Part shown: piece by piece, positions 1-10,986 of the stretch | How positions within the stretch are numbered: the stretch's first letter is position 1 | How the letters are laid out: each line of letters opens with the position of its first letter | Assembly: GCA_951406725.2 (NCBI GenBank) | Contig: OX597826.1 | Coordinates: 19,096,001 to 19,160,000 of the forward strand | Origin: Octopus vulgaris | Lineage: Eukaryota | Direction: 5' to 3' | Length of the DNA stretch: 64,000 nucleotides | Position numbers and translations under genes: made by a program | The notes under the pieces: model-generated | Seen by the model: the letters and a program-made list of their open reading frames with translations, nothing else | Databases searched by the model: none | What the model was told of the DNA's origin: nothing

Positions 1-468
1 CCCATTTTCTCGCAAACTATTGCTTTAAAAATAATTTTTTTTTGCCAAAAACCCAGCTTTTCGGATACGGAGATTCCGGAAAATTGCCAAAAACCCTAAC
101 CCTAACCCTAACCCTAAAACCCTAACCCTAATCCTAAAACTCTAAACCTAACCCTAACCATAAAACTCTAGCCCTAACCCTAAAACCCTAATGCTAAAAT
201 CAGTACAAACGTACGAACGATGTCATCAATAACAGTGACAAACGAAATATACACCACCGATAGTTGTTGACAAACAACAGCAGTAATTTTATTCAGCTGA
301 ATACACGTCATTGATAGCACGAAATAACTTCGAAAATAGAAACTTTTCTCAACAATGCTAAAAGTAAAAGATGTTCTATATGACACGTTCTACCAGTATA
401 CGAAGTTTCAAAGTGTTTAGTTAAAGAAAATTTAATTAATTGAGTTGCCCATGAAAAGGAAAAGATCC
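1..468. mobile_element. GGATC-terminated MITE-like element (right part) containing degenerate (CCCTAA)n
   Basis: Ends in AAAGATCC at 468. Its reverse complement aligns with the start of the element at 40103 (shared AAACTTCGTATACTGGTAGAA). CCCTAA repeats at about 93-190. Confidence 0.6.
93..190 (+). repeat. Interstitial telomere-like repeat (CCCTAA)n, degenerate
   Basis: aaccctaaccctaaccctaaccctaaaaccctaa... with variant units. Confidence 0.85.
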
Positions 469-1126
469 GGCTTTTGAATTCCTGCAGACATGTTACGAGA
501 TATGTCGACTGATAAAATACCATACGGATAATAATAATAACTGACTTTCGCATTTGAATTTGGCTTTCCCACCTTAAAGCAGGCGCCTTTTTGAGCCATT
601 TGATTGTTTTCTTTACAAGCAATTTAGCCCACAATATACCTCACAATTTTGATTTTATTGTACATCTTAAAGCCCCTTTTACAGTCTCCTAATATGTGTT
701 GTATAGATATCGCGTATTTACAGTAGGCCAAAATGTGTTTTTAAAGACATCAAGTACCAGAATGGATTAGTTTTATTTTTATTTTATTCTTTATTATAAT
801 TTTATTATTATTTTTTGATATTTTATTGTTTACTTAATTACTTCCTTTACATTTATTTATCATTTTTATTATCATTGATGGAAATGCGATGGTGATGACA
901 GAGTTTTAATGATCTTAGTAAACATTTTTGGCGATTTTCGACAGTCACTGAGTTTTCTCTTTTAAATTTCGACGAGGCCAAAAATTTATATTATATTATA
1001 ATATTATACTATCAATTTAATTATTTTATTGATTTTTTTTATCAATCCACAATTTGAAGATACACTATTTTAATATTCAATATACAAGACAAACAGTTTT
1101 TAATATATTCGTGTGCGTTTGTTTAC

Positions 1127-1127
1127 G

Positions 1128-1159
<32 letters not shown>

Positions 1160-1181
1160 TGTATGTATGTATGTATGTATG

Positions 1182-1238
<57 letters not shown>
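1127..1238. repeat. Compound microsatellite (TATG)n(TA)n
   Basis: Directly visible; dozens of similar tracts occur across the window. Confidence 0.98.
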
Positions 1239-1240
<2 letters not shown>

Positions 1241-1272
1241 AATAAAATCAAAAACAGAACACAAAGGATATC

Positions 1273-1363
1273 GCGGTACACGTGTTTCAAGCTTTATAAA
1301 CGACCTGTTCTTACATAAGTGTATAATCGATATAAAAGATAGTTTAAAGCTCTCTTCGGCCGC
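1273..1363 (-). ncRNA. Type I hammerhead-like motif, long stem II, CCGAAGA core
   Basis: Minus strand: GCGG-CCGAAGA-GAGCTTTA...TAAAGCTT-GAAAC-ACGT-GTA-CCGC. Stems I and II pair; stem III loop is palindromic. Confidence 0.7.
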
Positions 1364-1411
1364 ATACATTGTTAGTCCAAAGAGTTGCATCACGCTATAA
1401 AAAATATGAAA

Positions 1412-1734
1412 AGTACATGTAGTATTACCCATTATAATAAGTATATCATATCTCCTTGAGAAAGTGTATTTGTAAAATTTCCTAACTGTATAAATGTATA
1501 AAGATTCATTGGATTTCGAAAATCTACCCATACTGTATCACCAGTCAACATAGAGTGAATTTTAAATAGATTCTAGTTAAATGTATTTAACATTCACTCT
1601 ATGTTGACTGGTGATACAGTATGGGCAGATTTTCGCGATCCAGTGAACCTTTATACATTTATGCAGTTAGGAAATTTTACAAATACACTTTCTGAAGGAG
1701 ATATGATATACCTATATATTATACTACATGTACT
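1412..1734. repeat. Long fold-back palindrome (about 130-bp core arms)
   Basis: 1441-1572 is the reverse complement of 1580-1711 with about 9 mismatches; outer AGTACATGTAGTAT/ATACTACATGTACT also pair. Confidence 0.95.
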
Positions 1735-1839
1735 ACATGTACTACCGAATAATTGTCACATATAACATTTACAGATAAATTCCTCTATTTACATAATATC
1801 GAGGTCTCTTTCATTCTTTTGTTGTCTTATCATTTCTAT

Positions 1840-1880
<41 letters not shown>

Positions 1881-2358
1881 GATGTATGTATGTATGTATG
1901 TATGTATGTATGTATGTATGTATGTATGTATATACATACATTTATGCTTAACTGTATATTTGTATGCGTGTTTACATGGGTCGGCGAAATTCGTAACCAA
2001 GGTGCTGGTGGCGAGATGGCAGAATTGTTAACACGCCGGGCAAAATGCGTAACGACATTGCGTCCGTCTTTATGTTCTGAGTTCAAATTCCGCCGAGGTG
2101 GAGATTGCCTTTCATCCATTTTTGAAATTTTGACTTTTGATTTAAGATTTTCTTCGATTTCAGATAATATGATTTTATACCTATCATCATTGATTAGAAA
2201 AAAAAACATTATTTGAAAGGACCAATGAAAAAAAAAAAAAAATTCAAATGTGTATCTGTCAATATAAGTTGTATAGAATAAAAAGTTTTGAATGGTACAA
2301 CAATGCACTATAATGCAGACAATGGGCTATGTTCCTGTTGTAATTTTGTCGTCCATAG

Positions 2359-2397
2359 TCTGATATGATATTTCGGAATAATATTCCTTCTTCAGAT
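2359..2397 (-). ncRNA. Hammerhead-like motif (minimal)
   Basis: Minus: CTGAAGA-A-GGAAT-att-ATTCC-GAAA-tatcat-ATC; stem I weak. Confidence 0.55.
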
Positions 2398-2486
2398 TTT
2401 CTTAGATAGAGTCGCTGCTATAATCGTTTTCTCACTGCTCTTATACTTTATATATACAAACTTTATTTTTACTCCATTCTCAATCT

Positions 2487-2530
2487 AAACTGTCTGACGA
2501 GCGCGAAATTGAAACACCGAGTAGCAGTTT
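2487..2530 (+). ncRNA. Type I hammerhead-like motif
   Basis: AAACTGT-CTGACGA-gcgcgaaatt-GAAAC-accga-GTA-GCAGTTT: 7-bp stem I, intact core, degraded stem II; AATAAA and (TATG)n downstream. Confidence 0.6.
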
Positions 2531-2704
2531 TCGTGGCCTTTTTGTGATGTTTTTTGCAGCTTTAATAAAAATAATGCATATTACTCTGCCTCCGGTATTC
2601 GAGTACTATTTTTTCCCACCTTGTTTCACATTTATGTGCTTACTTTTGTATGTATGTATGTATGTATGTATGTATGTATGTATGTATGTATGTATGTATG
2701 TATG

Positions 2705-2751
<47 letters not shown>

Positions 2752-3555
2752 CAAGAGCGATAACGAGCCAACAGCAAGCCCCTCTGTGATCGTGGGATCA
2801 GCCAGCAATAGTAACCAAATAATTCACAAATGATGCTCTGTTGTCTTAACAAGCATGGCCACAGATTACGGACTAAAACAAGTAAAAGATAAGAGTGAAG
2901 TGCTGGACAGACAAAGAAGAATGAATTGGTCATAGTTAGAACACTTTTGACCATTAGTTTGCTCAATCATGGTCAACAGCAATAGTCATAGCAAAGTGGT
3001 GGTTTGCTTTCCTCTGTGCAGTGATAGATAGAACTTAAACAATTATGTACATCAAAAATACTGGAAAATGCGATGTTTAGGTATAAATTGCTATCTACTT
3101 AATAAATATCAATATGGTAACGAGGTACAGGTGAGCACGGCACGATCAGTCTAAAGAAGCCTTAATAAAGAAAATAAACCAAAGAAAAGCAGAAATCCAC
3201 AGACATGAGATAAGAATAATCATGTCTTTTCTGTTAGTTCGTGACTGTTGATTCGTTCTTGTACTCTAGAACATGAAAGGTACTCGATGCAGGAATATGC
3301 CTTGCAGAACAATTTCTCTCCATAGTCTTTTTGTTTAAAACGCATCAATTTCAGCTATAGAAAGAAATTTTTCTCCAGGGCAAAATTCTGCAACAAATGC
3401 CTTTCACGTTCTACTGCTGAAATAAATGTACATATCTTTATTTTGATTCTCACTGCTTTGTGTGCTTACTCTCTCTCTCTCTCTCTCTCTCTCCATATAT
3501 ATATATATCTCCATATATATATATATATATACATAGATATATACATACATACATA

Positions 3556-3629
<74 letters not shown>

Positions 3630-3725
3630 TATTTCGGGATGATCATTTTTTTGCCAAATAAACACACGCAACATATATTCATTCTTCACTCGTTTATTAC
3701 TGTTCTTATTGTAACTCATGTCCAT

Positions 3726-3770
3726 TGCCTGGAAATCTTTCGTCACACATTTGTGACCTCTTCAGTGACA
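3726..3770 (-). ncRNA. Hammerhead-like motif in a (TA)n-adjacent short element
   Basis: Minus: tgtca-CTGAAGA-G-GTCACA-aatg-TGTGAC-GAAA-gatttcc-aggca. Perfect 6-bp stem II; cleavage triplet ambiguous. Confidence 0.55.
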
Positions 3771-3883
3771 CTTTTCGTTTTCGTGTGTGCTCTTGCTCCA
3801 CTTACTATATATTTTGTTTGTTTTGTTTGTTTTTGTTTTTCCAGTTTCAGCTCTTGATCTGTGGCCATGCTGGGGCACCGCCA

Positions 3884-4047
3884 TTGTGGTGAAAGAGTAC
3901 AGCAGGGATCACCACCCCCTGCCGGAGCCTCGTAGAGCTTTTAGGTGTTTTCGCTCAATAAACACACACAACGCCCGGTCTGAGAATCGAAACCGCGATC
4001 CTGCGACCGCGAGTCCGCTGCCCTAACCACTAGGCCATTGCGCCTCT
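3884..4047 (-). mobile_element. tRNA-derived SINE family B (5' part)
   Basis: Minus head GAGGCGCAATGGCCTAGTGGTTAGG...GGTTTCGATTC (A/B boxes); same family at 28640-28930 and 37585-37750. Confidence 0.85.
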
Positions 4048-4059
4048 ACATATTTCAGA

Positions 4060-4250
4060 TTTACATAAAACAAAAGACGATGACAGGTGAGGGAACAACA
4101 AACAGGTGGCAGGTGTATTAGTTTGACGTTCGGGAAGAATGGAAAAGTCTTTGATTTTTCGCGCCTACACTCTTCGACAGAAATGATTAAGAGGGAGAAA
4201 ATGGAGAGAAAATGAAAAAAAAAACGGATAGAAAGAAAAATGTATAGAGA
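4060..4250 (-). mobile_element. Penelope pLTR-like short element with degenerate HHR at 4149-4183
   Basis: Homologous to the 28939-29770 arms; minus tttCTGTCGAAGAGtgtaggcgcGAAA. Confidence 0.55.
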
Positions 4251-4719
4251 TATCAACTAATAAAGTACTCTATCCAATGATAGATAAATATAATGTATAC
4301 TGTATCAAAGTAAGAGCTACTAATAGATTCTTGCTATTAATACACGTGGTTAGGCAAATTTTAATACGGGCCTTGTGTCTCCAAGCAATCTGTTGGCTCT
4401 GTGCACATGGTTTGTTCTATTTGAAAATCAGGACACTAGTGCAGGAGAAACCACGAGAAAAAAACGAGAAGGTTGATGCAAAAAGTGAAAATAGAAGACA
4501 AAGGGTGAATAAAATCCTTAAATCCTTTAAAATGTTTTAGCCCGAAGGCCGCGGCCATGCTGGGGCACCACCACAGAAAAAAAGTTTTAAAATTAGAGTT
4601 AAGTCCCCTTTGATCGTAGAAGTCATAATTAAACTAGTTGTTGTAGCATCATTTATTGGGGAGGATGTCCAAATTCTACAAGACAGTTATTCAATTCGGA
4701 GAGGGTGGTGTCCTCCACT

Positions 4720-4850
4720 TCGTCAAAAGAAATTTGTCCATATGATTGCATTTGCTGAAATTTTCGATCTGGAATTAAGTAGTGTGGTGGAATTCATGAA
4801 TCTAAAAAGAATGTGCGATCTTTCAGTTACGCATAACTTGCAGAAGAAAT
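4720..4850 (-). pseudogene. Penelope-like (Naiad-type) GIY-YIG endonuclease C-terminal remnant
   Basis: Manual minus translation FCKLCVTERSHILFRFMNSTTLLNSRSKI /frameshift/ FSKCNHMDKFLL matches CxxC...ER..IL...LNxRxE...CxH. Confidence 0.7.
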
Positions 4851-5029
4851 AAACATCAGAGATGCTTCGTTTCACGAAGAAACTGCAGGAGCTACTCAGA
4901 GATATTGTAAGCTTTTCTAAATCGATTGCAATGCTGGAAACTCTTCCGCATCGTCAACAGGTACCTCAGGTTCACAAACATTTCGTCCCTCAGCCTGTGC
5001 GCTTCACCTGAGTAGAACAGCGAAGACTT

Positions 5030-5218
5030 GGCTAGTCTTCACCAACGGAAGAGTTCCAACTTAGGGTCTCTTGGTAATAATATCCATCATGAGCTTGTCA
5101 TGCCTATTTCCTTGATGGCTTCCTTCAGTTGTCTGGGTTTCAGACCTGTCTTCTGCAGGAAATAGAGCACCGAACTAGATGTAAAGTCACAGTGGAGAAT
5201 GAGGCCGCATGCCAGTCC

Positions 5219-5220
<2 letters not shown>
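5030..5220 (-). mobile_element. Degraded RLE-type (Hero-like) LINE C-terminal fragment
   Basis: ...VLYFLQKTGLKPRQLKEAIKEIGMTSS*WI resembles the end of RLE-type non-LTR ORFs; weak. Confidence 0.35.
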
Positions 5221-5277
<57 letters not shown>

Positions 5278-5514
5278 ATACACACATGCGCATGCAAGCA
5301 CACACACAGGAACACACATACACATACACACACACATATGTTCATGTGTGTGTACATATATCTCTGAAAATGCTGTAGGAACACGGACACACACTACTGG
5401 ATGGCGTGTTCTGTAGGCGGGGTAAAGAAACGAAAAATGAAAATAATTTAAATTAAAAGTGTCGAATACAAAAATTCGACATAGCAATAAATAATGTAAT
5501 AGAACGAATATATA

Positions 5515-5790
5515 TACACACATACATACACATACATACATACATACATACATACATACATCTATACATCCATCTATACTTACATACATACATACATACA
5601 TACATGCATGCATGCATACATACATACATACATACATGCATACATACATACATAGATACATACATACATACATACATCTATACTTACATATATACATACA
5701 TACATGCATTCATACATACATACATACATACATACATACATACATACATACATACATACATACATACATACATACATACATACATACATA
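5515..5790. repeat. (CATA)n microsatellite
   Basis: Directly visible. Confidence 0.98.
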
Positions 5791-6585
5791 GGTGACTATT
5801 ACATCATGTCACATTTCGAAGCAATCTACTCCTTGTGCATTTGATGAGGTTGGTAATTGACAATATGGAAAGGCTAATATTTCTCAAGCAAAAGAAGAGA
5901 CCGGCTTACACAATCATCGCTCACACAATCTATAAGCGGAACAGTAAAACTATGCAAAAGTTCAATATGTAACAGTTATAGTGATTGTTATCGAAATTCT
6001 AGCGATGAAGCTTTTGATTCTGTGTTCAAAACCAACTTTTTTTCTTTTAGGAAGAATGCTGACAAATAAATAAAAATAAACGATACATACATATTTAGAT
6101 GCATACATACGTATATACATACATACAGACGGACAGACAAACAGACAGAGAAGGAGAGAGAGCTGACGTAGAGAATGTGTGGAAACATAATATATATGGG
6201 TGCATGAGTGACGGTGTGTGGGTGCGTGCACACGCATGCGTGTGTGCTTATATGTGAGTGTATGAGCGTGTGTGTGTGAGTGTGTGAGCGTGTGTGTGTG
6301 CGTGCCCGTGTATTTATAATCCGATCATTATTCGGATATTTCTGCTTCAGCCCCACTCCCAATCTACTCACACATACACGCACACACACATACAGACACA
6401 AACGCACACAACACACACACACACACATTACCGACTTTTCTTGCACATACAACCCTACATTCACTGATACACCACCCAGCACCATTTCTCCATGTCTATT
6501 GTGTGCTAATATCCTCAGCTACTATAAAGCAAAAATTCCTACAGCGTATGTATAGCAGGGGTAACGTGCATTTCTGTCTGACGAG

Positions 6586-6790
6586 TGGCGGCGGCGGCGG
6601 CGGCGGTGGTGGTGTTAAGGGTGGATTGGGGCATGTTAAGGAGGAACAGAGAAGGGGTGCTGGTAGTGGGTGAGATGAAATCTCACTGTAGAAGAGGATG
6701 GTGAGTCTGCAGCAACAACATTCTGTCATCACAAATAGAATCTTACACAACAACAACAACAACAATAAAGCCAGCAGCAACAACAATGAT

Positions 6791-6825
<35 letters not shown>

Positions 6826-6968
6826 TAGCACTTTTAGTTGGCACCACGCAGTTGCTTGCAGCTTCAACAAAGTTCTTCATTTTTTGCGGCAGAGGCAACA
6901 ACAACAGCTGCAGCAGCAATTAGCAGCAGCAGCGGCAGTAGTAGTGGTAGCAGCAGCAGCAGCAGCAA

Positions 6969-7026
<58 letters not shown>
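6586..7026. repeat. Trinucleotide repeat cluster (GGC)n, (CAA)n, (CAG)n, (TAG)n
   Basis: Directly visible. Confidence 0.95.
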
Positions 7027-7027
<1 letters not shown>

Positions 7028-7039
7028 ATTTGCTTTATA

Positions 7040-7111
7040 TCTAAGACCTTGAAATGGTTTTAGATGTAAAGCGATTTCTAAAGTAATGATATATATAAAG
7101 TTTCTAAGATC

Positions 7112-7155
<44 letters not shown>

Positions 7156-7385
7156 CATTTTCTAAAGCTTGATATATAATCACGAAATATATAAGGTTAC
7201 TGAAATATGTAACTTTTCTAAAATCATCAAGTATACAATATTTCTAACGCCGTCATACGTACAAAGCTTCTAAATACCATGAAATATATAAAATTTATAA
7301 AATCTTGAAATATATACATTTCTAAACATTATTAAATGTATATAGTTTCTGAAGTCGTAGATTGAATAAATTTCTGTCTAGAGTT
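7040..7385 (+). repeat. Degenerate AT-rich minisatellite (TTTCTAAA...GAAATATATA units)
   Basis: TTTCTAA recurs at roughly 25-55 bp spacing. Confidence 0.55.
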
Positions 7386-7516
7386 CGAATTAGTCGAATT
7401 CTGGGATCCAGTTTGAATCCCAATGATCGCAACATCACTTGTGGAGCTAATTCCTTGAGTAAAGCAAGATTTATATACAATATGGTAAATATTTTCCCTA
7501 ACATCTTCACTATCTG

Positions 7517-7670
7517 GCGCAGGCGAGTGGTAAGAAGTTTGCTTCCCAACCACATGGGTCGAGGTTCAGTCTCACTGCCTGGTACCTTGGGCAAGTGTCT
7601 TCAAACCTCGAGCCTGCCAAAGTCTTGTGAGTGGATTTTGTAGACGAAAACTGAAAGAAGCCTGTTATAC
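7517..7670 (+). mobile_element. SINE family A, 5' part
   Basis: GGCGCAGG...GTGGTAAGAAG...GGTTCAGTC...CCTTGGGCAAGTGTCTTC. Confidence 0.85.
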
Positions 7671-7754
7671 ACGTGTGTGTGCGCGCGCGTGTGTGTGCGC
7701 GCGCGTGTGTGTGTGCGCGCGCGTGTGTGTGCGCGCGCGTGTGTGTGCGCGCGC

Positions 7755-7785
<31 letters not shown>

Positions 7786-8458
7786 TGTGTGTGTTTGTGT
7801 CTGAGGATATACCCCACCATTGTCTTCAGTCTAATGACTGAAGCAAGCTATTGATCGAAGACAAAAGACAAAATCTGGTCACGTGATACTGTTATATTTC
7901 GTCTCTCATGCTTAGACAATAAAGTGGGTGAGGTTGCTTATGGCATTGATTTCAGTACTTAAAAGATATAAAATCACCCCCAGTGAGGTCTGATCTCAGA
8001 ACTGAGAAGGACGAAACTAAACACCGAGTGTATTTTATTAGGTGCTCTAGCAACGATCCTGACATCCACCATCCTCAAAGTATGGATGAAATACGTGGAT
8101 TGAAGGGATGGGATATAGTTGATAGACGCGCCCTAGTCACGTGGATTTTATCATTCCTGAACAAATGTAATACCAGAATAAGTCCCTAGGGGGTTCTGAG
8201 ACCATGTTGTAAAGTAAGGCAGCTGAAGATCATCGCATATTTTAAAGCACTCTCCCGATTCATTTATTGAATTTGTCTTTAAAATGGTTTCTTTAAAATA
8301 TTCTGAACAGTTATACATATTATATCCTTATCATATTTAATTTTTTCTTTCGATTCTCTATATATCTGATTATTTATATGAGATGGCTTCTTCATTGTAT
8401 AACAGTTTCTTATATAGATGCGAAATGGCGAATAAAGAACGAGCTAACTTTTGACAAA

Positions 8459-8558
8459 TCACCTGAGGAAAGATCTCTTTATCTATGATGCACAATTGTT
8501 TGTACAGCATCTCACCAGCGAAGTACCGGTGCACAATAGGTCGAAACGATCGTAGTGA
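8459..8558 (+). ncRNA. Type I hammerhead ribozyme motif with canonical core and long stem II
   Basis: TCAC-CTGAGGA-aa-GATCT...(about 60 nt)...AGGTC-GAAAC-GATC-GTA-GTGA. Confidence 0.75.
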
Positions 8559-8816
8559 ATTTAATTTTCTTCCTCTCATATTTTTATAATTTTATACGTA
8601 TATTTCTTTTATTTAGCTGTTATTTTCTTTATTTCATTCATGTAGTTCGTACAGTCCATATTAATAACTACGAGTAGAAATTTAAAAAGTTAAAACGTGT
8701 GAAAAATTTTATCTTGTGAGATATTTAGTGATTGTTGTATGACTTTTGAATTACACAAGAGTGTCAGTTTTGGCGCGTACGCGCACATACACACACTCAA
8801 ACGCATACACACACAG

Positions 8817-8864
<48 letters not shown>

Positions 8865-9363
8865 ATGTACAGTACACATACCTTTGCTACTGTGCTATAA
8901 AGACTGAATGCCGATTACCTTCAAACTTTGCAATAGTACAAGGTTAACGTGGTCCTCGTAACAATGTCTGCACCTCGATTTCATAAGTTTTTTTTTTTTA
9001 GAGATAATCAATGAATGTGTTCAATATTATAGACTTTCCAAAAAATCCAAATAATATGTCACCTACTCTACAATATGTGCATCGAGCCAACGAGGAAGCC
9101 TCAACATGGTGGTGCTTTAAATGCTAGAAATAACGTCAGCTGTCTTCAGGAAAGAACACATCAGACAACGTAGACATAGGTTCACTTAAAGAAAGACGCG
9201 ATGGTCACAGCTGGCATGCATTGAATAGGAGGTAAGGAGCAACAACAGCACACACACACACATTTATATACAAATATATACACACATATACATATATATA
9301 CATACGCATATACACGTACACACATATACATTTCACATATAGATATATACATACACATGTATG

Positions 9364-9413
<50 letters not shown>

Positions 9414-9422
9414 CGCGCACAC

Positions 9423-9469
<47 letters not shown>

Positions 9470-9563
9470 TATATACATATATATATACACACATATACAT
9501 GTATATACATATACATATACATACATATACATACATAAACGCATACTTATGTATATATGTATA

Positions 9564-10124
9564 TATGGTTGTCTGGAAAGTTCGTGCCGATTTATAGTAG
9601 CTTACCTTTCGACTTATTTTAGAAAATGGTTGGGTCCATAAAATAGGATTTGACTACACCTCCATTTAGAGCACAGTTTAAGCTATCTTTTCGTGGAAGA
9701 AGGTTTATGTTCCCATAACCTGTGTTAATTTTGTAACCCTTTAAAATGGAAGATAAGAAAGTTCATTTTCGGCACTTGATGCTTTGGGAACGAGACAAAA
9801 ATTGCTGCAGCTCGGCTGGGATGTGTTACCCCACCCTCCATATTCACCAGATATTGCTCCTTCAGATTTCCACTTATTCAGGTCTCTGCAGAATAGTCTT
9901 AATGGTAAAAATTTCAATTCCTTGGATGACGTAAAAAGATACCTTGATGAATTCTTTGCCATGAAACCACCTCAATTCTGGGAAGAGGGTATTTTCAAGT
10001 TAAAGGAAAGATGGAGACGCATTGTGCAACAAAATGGTTCATATTTGGTTGATTAAAATGTAATGGCAAGTATTTATTGACCTTTTTCTTTCCTTTAAAA
10101 ATCGGCACGAACTTTCCGGACAAC

Positions 10125-10128
<4 letters not shown>
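9564..10128 (+). mobile_element. Internally deleted mariner transposon
   Basis: TIRs GTTGTCTGGAAAGTTCGTGCCGATTT / AAATCGGCACGAACTTTCCGGACAAC within (TA)n. N-terminal MEDKKVHFRHLMLWE is fused to the C-terminal HPPYSPDIAPSDFHLFRSL motif. Confidence 0.95.
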
Positions 10129-10172
<44 letters not shown>

Positions 10173-10173
10173 A

Positions 10174-10207
<34 letters not shown>

Positions 10208-10252
10208 TGTGTATACATGTTTATATGTGTATGTGTATATACGTATGAGATA

Positions 10253-10300
<48 letters not shown>

Positions 10301-10304
<4 letters not shown>

Positions 10305-10529
10305 AAAAAAGCAACAAGAATGGATCAATATTTCGGTACAATTGTTTCTTACGAAGACAGCTTTATTAAGGCTGCAATTGTACCGAAATATTGATCCATT
10401 CTTGTTGCTTTTTTCTTATAATCGCCCCGCATTATCTTATGGTTAACACCATATAGATTTCTGGTGCATCTAAATTAAGTACCGCATTCATGTGAATTCA
10501 ACAGAACTCACTTGAATCTTAATTGCTTT

Positions 10530-10532
<3 letters not shown>
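10301..10532. mobile_element. (TA)n-flanked fold-back element with half hammerhead
   Basis: 44-bp perfect inverted repeat 10301-10344 / 10375-10418; minus GAAAC-AATT-GTA-ccga at 10333-10348. Confidence 0.75.
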
Positions 10533-10569
<37 letters not shown>

Positions 10570-10923
10570 ACATATAGAGAGAGAAAGGGCGAGAGAGAAA
10601 GAGAGAGAGAGAGACGTATGTCTAAGACAAAATATATTAAATGCTATGCATTATGTGTGCTTGATTTACTGAAATTATCTCCGCTTTGAGGGTAGGTAAA
10701 CAATCGTCTAATGGCGACTGACATCAACTCCAAATGAGTTATTTCCATTGGGTCATTTTCTTATTTACAGTTGATTCTAATATTCACCCGGCAATTGTTT
10801 TATACACTCTGGATGCAGAGATAAATTTAAATAAACCAACAATCTATCTAATATGATATTCAACATGAATTTATTCGTCTTTGTTATTCAAATGCATATA
10901 ATTGGCCACTCTAAGTTTTCTGC

Positions 10924-10986
<63 letters not shown>

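Noticed and set aside
93-190. Chromosome end or fusion site
   Set aside because: Short, degenerate and embedded in a MITE-like element.
6698-7063. PolyQ/polyN/polyA transcription-factor-like ORF
   Set aside because: Runs into (GTA)n polyV and is mostly trinucleotide microsatellite, with no recognisable domain.
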